In this document: piece after piece, positions 59,576-64,000 of the stretch | Layout: each line of letters begins with the position of its first letter | Position numbering within the stretch: position 1 is the stretch's first letter | Assembly: GCA_048937405.1 (NCBI GenBank) | Contig: JBHLNF010000002.1 | Location: forward strand, 384,001-448,000 | Direction: 5' to 3' | Source of the DNA: Promethearchaeota archaeon | GTDB lineage: Archaea > Asgardarchaeota > Lokiarchaeia > Sigyniarchaeales > SOKP01 | Length of the DNA: 64,000 bases | Made by a program: the position numbers and the translations under genes | The notes under the pieces: model-generated | What the model was told of the DNA's origin: nothing | The model's input: the letters and a program-made list of their open reading frames with translations, nothing else | The model's database searches: none

Positions 59576-61234
59576 TTACCATGTTCTTGTTAAATTTTGG
59601 AGAAAAACCAATACTTCATCCTTTTTAATAGGTACAATATCAGACCGAAAAACAATTTGATTTTCTTTATATAGGATTATAAACTTCATTATTACAGATT
59701 CTTCATTTTCTAAAGCTTTTTCTATATTATTTAATGTATCTTCAGCAATTTTTTCTGGTAAAACATCATAAACACTTCTTCCGATAAAATTTTCAGTAGA
59801 AGTAGCTATTTTGAAAATTTTTTCTATTTTACTATCTAATTGAGCATCTATGAAAATTCCCTCTGCAGATATTCGAAAAATCGAGAAAGGAATATGTTTC
59901 ATAAGAATTGAATTTTTAGCTTCATTTTGTAATAATTCTTCTTGATTTTTGAGTTTATCTATCGCTGTTCCTATCTCCAAAGCAATTGAAATAATTAATT
60001 CCATCTCATCAGGAGAAATCTTTTTGTTATCATTTAGAATCATATTAATTGATCCAATAATTTCAAATTTTGAAAATAGAGGGATCACCGCTCCTGAAAT
60101 TGAATTATCCCCTTTAAAAAACTGTTTTATAGCGCTTGGAAAATTCTCATTAAAGAGTGCTACTCCTTGTGAAAAAACAATTTCAAAAGGACTAGTTTTA
60201 ATATTGATATTATTATTATTTTCATAAAAGAATTGTGGAAGTCCCTTATGAGCTTTGATTGTTGCTACATTCTGCAATTTATTAACTAGATATATACAAC
60301 ATCCATTAAGGTTTAGAAAATTAATAATGGAATTTATTGTTTTGTCAAGAAGCTCAGATAAGCTAGTTGCCTGATTTGCAATACTGATAAAATTATTCAG
60401 GGTATCTATTTTCTTAGCATGTCCCTTAAGTTTCTCTTCAATTGAATAAACATCAGTAAAATCATGAAATAGATATTGAATATAAAATTCTTCTCCTAAC
60501 TTTATTTCATTTACACTGACTTCTAAATATAAAAGTGTACCTGTGGATTCCTTCTTTCTTGAAATTATTGGGGGTGGTTGTTCTAGTAAGTGATAAATCA
60601 TATTTGGATCGACTAAACCTTCATCAAATAGATCAAGTTGCAATGCTTTAATCCCAACAATTTCTTCCCTAGTCTTTTCCACTAATCTTTCAGCTTCTAA
60701 ATTCGCATCAATTATTACCCCCGTATCACGATTCATAATGAATATTGCATCTCGAGCTGCCTGAAACAAAGATTGATAACGTTGTTCGGCCATTTCTAAA
60801 GTTTTGAGTACAGGTTTGATTGATTCAAAATATGAGAAAAAGAAATTTTGAATTTCTTTTAACTTATTAGTATCAGCCTTGTGATCTTTAGGTTCATAAT
60901 CGAATGCTAGATAAGCATCGTCAAGGTTGATAAGATAATTAGCAAATCCTTTAAGAAGTCTATTAGCTAACATTAAACTTATCTGGGTTTTAATATCAGT
61001 TAATATTGTTATTAAGAAACTCTCATACCCTCCTCTAGCAAATTTATTAGGTTGTTTGAAGAATAAATTTGCAGTCTTAATTTCTTTAAAAATATGAATA
61101 AAAACACCCTTGGTTGGGAGTTCTATTAGTGATGGAATATCTTGAATGCTTTCATCTTTTAATGAATCTGGTGCTTTCAAAAAAATGCTTGGTCCATAAA
61201 GAGGATCAAAACGTACAAGCAATAATCCAATCAA
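59576..61234 (-). CDS. uDENN/longin-like + PAS + GAF + PAS sensor protein
   Basis: LVRFDPLYGP and FARGG in the N-terminal domain; AEQRYQSLFQAARDAIF..IIDANLEAE (PAS); GAVIPLFSKFEIIGSI (GAF); C-terminal PAS; no kinase domain. Confidence 0.8.
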   Translation of the reverse strand: MIGLLLVRFDPLYGPSIFLKAPDSLKDESIQDIPSLIELPTKGVFIHIFKEIKTANLFFKQPNKFARGGYESFLITILTDIKTQISLMLANRLLKGFANYLINLDDAYLAFDYEPKDHKADTNKLKEIQNFFFSYFESIKPVLKTLEMAEQRYQSLFQAARDAIFIMNRDTGVIIDANLEAERLVEKTREEIVGIKALQLDLFDEGLVDPNMIYHLLEQPPPIISRKKESTGTLLYLEVSVNEIKLGEEFYIQYLFHDFTDVYSIEEKLKGHAKKIDTLNNFISIANQATSLSELLDKTINSIINFLNLNGCCIYLVNKLQNVATIKAHKGLPQFFYENNNNINIKTSPFEIVFSQGVALFNENFPSAIKQFFKGDNSISGAVIPLFSKFEIIGSINMILNDNKKISPDEMELIISIALEIGTAIDKLKNQEELLQNEAKNSILMKHIPFSIFRISAEGIFIDAQLDSKIEKIFKIATSTENFIGRSVYDVLPEKIAEDTLNNIEKALENEESVIMKFIILYKENQIVFRSDIVPIKKDEVLVFLQNLTRTW

Positions 61235-61487
61235 GATATTTCACGTCTTTATAGATATAATTACGAATTTTTAATAATAATAGAATTATAAAAATTTATT
61301 GATATACAATTGTTTTTTAACAATATATACAGAAATTAGTCCCAATGAATTTTAAAGTTAAATGAAATAAGAAAATATTAGTATATATTTTAGCTTAAAG
61401 TAGTCATAACTCCCTCTTAAGACAGTCAACATCAATTTATATTTCTATAGAGAAATATTCTAAAAGGATAAATTTTTTTTCATTATC

Positions 61488-62153
61488 ATGGAGGATTTAA
61501 ATACTTATTTACAACCAACAGAATTTCTTGATTTTAATAAAAAAAGTGTAAGTAGAAAAGCTTTTGAAATTACAGATGGGCTAACAACCGATAAAGAAAA
61601 GGCTATTGCTCTATTTTATTGGGTTAGAGATAAAATCAAGTATAACATGTATACATATGATCCAAGTAATAAATCAAATCTTAAAGCTTCTGTTACATTA
61701 CATAGAGGTAATGGATTTTGTATGTCAAAAGCTATTTTATTATCAACTTTTGCTAGAGCAGTAGGTATTCCTGCAAGAATTCATATGGTCGATATTATTA
61801 ATCACAAAATTCCTAATTGGATTGAGGAATTAATGGGAACTAGAACATTTCATTGTCATGGTTATAGTGAATTATATATAGATGGGAAATGGAGTAAATT
61901 AACTCCCGTCTTTGATAAAAAAACAGTAATTAAGGCAGGTTATGAACCATTAGTAGAATATGACGGAGAAAATGATGCTCTTTTAGCTCAATATGATAAA
62001 GAAGGGAATTTATTCGTAGAGTATACTGAAGATCATGGTATTTATACTGATGTACCATTAGAAAAAATTAGAGATATCTTCGCAAAAAACTATGGTAAGT
62101 TTCGTGATAAAGAAAAGTTTCAAAAACTTGTAAAATTAAAAAGAGAAAAATAA
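61488..62153 (+). CDS. Transglutaminase-like domain protein
   Basis: FYWVRDKIKY, GFCMSKA, ARAVGIPAR, HGYSELYIDGKW. Confidence 0.9.
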   Translation: MEDLNTYLQPTEFLDFNKKSVSRKAFEITDGLTTDKEKAIALFYWVRDKIKYNMYTYDPSNKSNLKASVTLHRGNGFCMSKAILLSTFARAVGIPARIHMVDIINHKIPNWIEELMGTRTFHCHGYSELYIDGKWSKLTPVFDKKTVIKAGYEPLVEYDGENDALLAQYDKEGNLFVEYTEDHGIYTDVPLEKIRDIFAKNYGKFRDKEKFQKLVKLKREK

Positions 62154-62154
62154 T

Positions 62155-63078
62155 TTACATTTTAGAAAATTTATTCTTTCTTAATCCAAAATCTTTTAAA
62201 TAAATTTTATATTTTCCTAAATTTCCTCCATAGTTTCCGGCAGAAACTTTGATTAATCCCTCTATTTTTATTATTCCTTCGATAACTCGTAACATTGTCT
62301 TCTTAATTGTATCAAGGTCTAAGGCGTTAAACACAATTTCAGGTATCGAATATACACCATCTGGTACCTTGAATTCTTCAGATGGTATTTTACTTCTCAA
62401 TGTTGGACAATATGGATGATTTGTTGTAGGACCAATTTCAGGAAACTTAGTTTCAATTTTTGATCCTGCCGAACACACATCAAAAATACTGCATACATTG
62501 TCTATTTCTGAAATAATCTTAATAGCTTCTCGTCCTACCTTAATTCCAGAATCAATGGAATCACAAAATAACCATAGATTTCCTCCCATAACGCCTTTAG
62601 AGTAAGCAAGATTATGTTCTATTAAAAAGTCATATCCCATCATAATTGGAACAGAGATCATTTTTCTTTCAAATTTCATTATTACTTCTTCATATGCATC
62701 TCCGCAATGTCCAACATTATTCATCATATCAAAATTCATTTCAGTTTCAAAAGGAAAGTGATCAAAAACCGCCGTGGTAGGAACAACTAAAATTCCTTGT
62801 CTAATACGTTTTCCTAATTGTTCATATAGTTTAGAAATTGCTTTTTTTCCTGTTCCAGTAACCCATAGTTGAACAATAGCGCCGAGTCTCCCATCAATAG
62901 TTTTCTTCTCTGTAAGCCATCTAACAATACCTCCTTCAGCATCTCCAAAAACCGTAGATGGTAAGGCGATAAACGAGTTGACGGCTTTGTTTAAAAACTC
63001 AGCATCTTGAGCTGTAACCATTATTTGACAACATAATCCCTCAAATGCCTCACAATAAGTATCTTCAATAATCACCAT
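62155..63078 (-). CDS. ftr: Formylmethanofuran--tetrahydromethanopterin N-formyltransferase
   Basis: IEDTYCEAF, PTTAVF, GVMGGN, SAGSK, TNHPYCPTLR, VSAGNYGGNLG. Confidence 0.93.
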   Translation of the reverse strand: MVIIEDTYCEAFEGLCCQIMVTAQDAEFLNKAVNSFIALPSTVFGDAEGGIVRWLTEKKTIDGRLGAIVQLWVTGTGKKAISKLYEQLGKRIRQGILVVPTTAVFDHFPFETEMNFDMMNNVGHCGDAYEEVIMKFERKMISVPIMMGYDFLIEHNLAYSKGVMGGNLWLFCDSIDSGIKVGREAIKIISEIDNVCSIFDVCSAGSKIETKFPEIGPTTNHPYCPTLRSKIPSEEFKVPDGVYSIPEIVFNALDLDTIKKTMLRVIEGIIKIEGLIKVSAGNYGGNLGKYKIYLKDFGLRKNKFSKM

Positions 63079-63194
63079 ACTAATCAGATATAGATAATTA
63101 CTGAAAAGATAAATACTTAATATTATCCTATTTACTTATTAAGTCTAAAAAATTTAATAATTTACTAAAAAAAAAATATCAGAAAAGTAATAAA

Positions 63195-64000
63195 ATGCCC
63201 AGAGCAATAATATTTTATGAAATTGATCCTTCATTTGGACCTAATATTATCGCAGAATATTATTTAAAACAAAATGAAAAAATTCTTCCTTCTGTTTTAA
63301 AAGATTTTTCAGATAAGCACATTTCAAAAGGTTTAATTGAAGCAACAATCTTTAATGAAGATAATCGTTATTTTTCAAAAAAAATTAATGCTGAATCTTT
63401 ACATAAAGAAAATCTTTATATTAGCTTTATATTGCAAGAGGGAGAAGATATTGTTTCTTTAAAGAGTATCTTTGAAAATATAGAGAAGAAAACTGTCCAA
63501 AATTATACTGATGATAAGAAAAAGATGAATAAAATTCTTCAAGATGCATTAAATTCAATTTTGAGTCTATTACAGAAATTACAAGAACCAAAAATTATAA
63601 AAGAAACTATTAATGAGAGGACTAAGAAAATGCTTGATGATGGAAAACTAACAGAAGCACGCGATTTGATAGACTTAGGTGAAGATATTCCAAAAAAACT
63701 AGCAGCTGAAGTTAAATTAGCAGGACAATTATTAAATGATGGGTTTTATAGAAAAGCTAAGAAAAGTTATTTAAAAGCAGCCGAATTAGCGGACATTATA
63801 CAAGAAGAAGAAATTGCATCATTTTTAAGAAGTAAGGGGGAACAGGTTGGATTGTTTCCTGACTTGATAAAAGAACGGGAAACTCTAAATAAACAATTAG
63901 AGAAAATTTTCAATGATATTGATATATCTCAATTATTTTTATATAATAATCTTATCGAACCAATAGATAAATTAATTGAGATTTCACATTCATTTGAAGA
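63195..64000 (+). CDS. Partial uDENN/longin-like + TPR-like helical protein (runs off the right edge; absent from the ORF track)
   Basis: My translation: MPRAIIFYEIDPSFGPNIIAEY..., later GFYRKAKKSYLKAAELA. Confidence 0.65.
   Translation, partial: MPRAIIFYEIDPSFGPNIIAEYYLKQNEKILPSVLKDFSDKHISKGLIEATIFNEDNRYFSKKINAESLHKENLYISFILQEGEDIVSLKSIFENIEKKTVQNYTDDKKKMNKILQDALNSILSLLQKLQEPKIIKETINERTKKMLDDGKLTEARDLIDLGEDIPKKLAAEVKLAGQLLNDGFYRKAKKSYLKAAELADIIQEEEIASFLRSKGEQVGLFPDLIKERETLNKQLEKIFNDIDISQLFLYNNLIEPIDKLIEISHSFE

Overview
A very AT-rich archaeal chromosomal segment, almost certainly from an Asgard archaeon of the Lokiarchaeia type. The evidence is the archaeal core genes (gltX, srp19, rps8e, psmB, hef, ftr, mtxX, a histone, and two tRNA genes each carrying two BHB-type introns) together with many eukaryotic-signature-like proteins: longin domains, Rag-like and Arf-like GTPases, a uDENN-like domain, and PCI-like and RWD/UEV-like domains. 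Two candidate undescribed systems stand out. (1) A minus-strand ABC-2 operon (41855-51812) encodes two permeases, one canonical ATPase, a membrane-spanning prenyltransferase/QW-repeat barrel fused to an ABC ATPase, an RWD/UEV-like domain fused to a dead ABC ATPase, and a longin-4TM protein. (2) A tandemly duplicated pair of Rag-like and longin-Arf-like GTPase genes (55464-59575) abuts a convergent uDENN/longin-PAS-GAF-PAS protein whose FARGG segment matches the folliculin/SMCR8 arginine-finger motif, suggesting a sensor-controlled GAP module. Also noted: a 1470-aa prenyltransferase-like/PCI/coiled-coil protein with a C-terminal membrane anchor, a decayed copy of the tRNA-Pro 3' end (att-like scar), an amidase C-terminal remnant, a probable ATT start codon, and two partial longin-like ORFs at the window edges that the ORF track missed. 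No CRISPR array, rRNA, transposase or integrase was seen. All domain calls come from reading motifs by eye, not from database searches.
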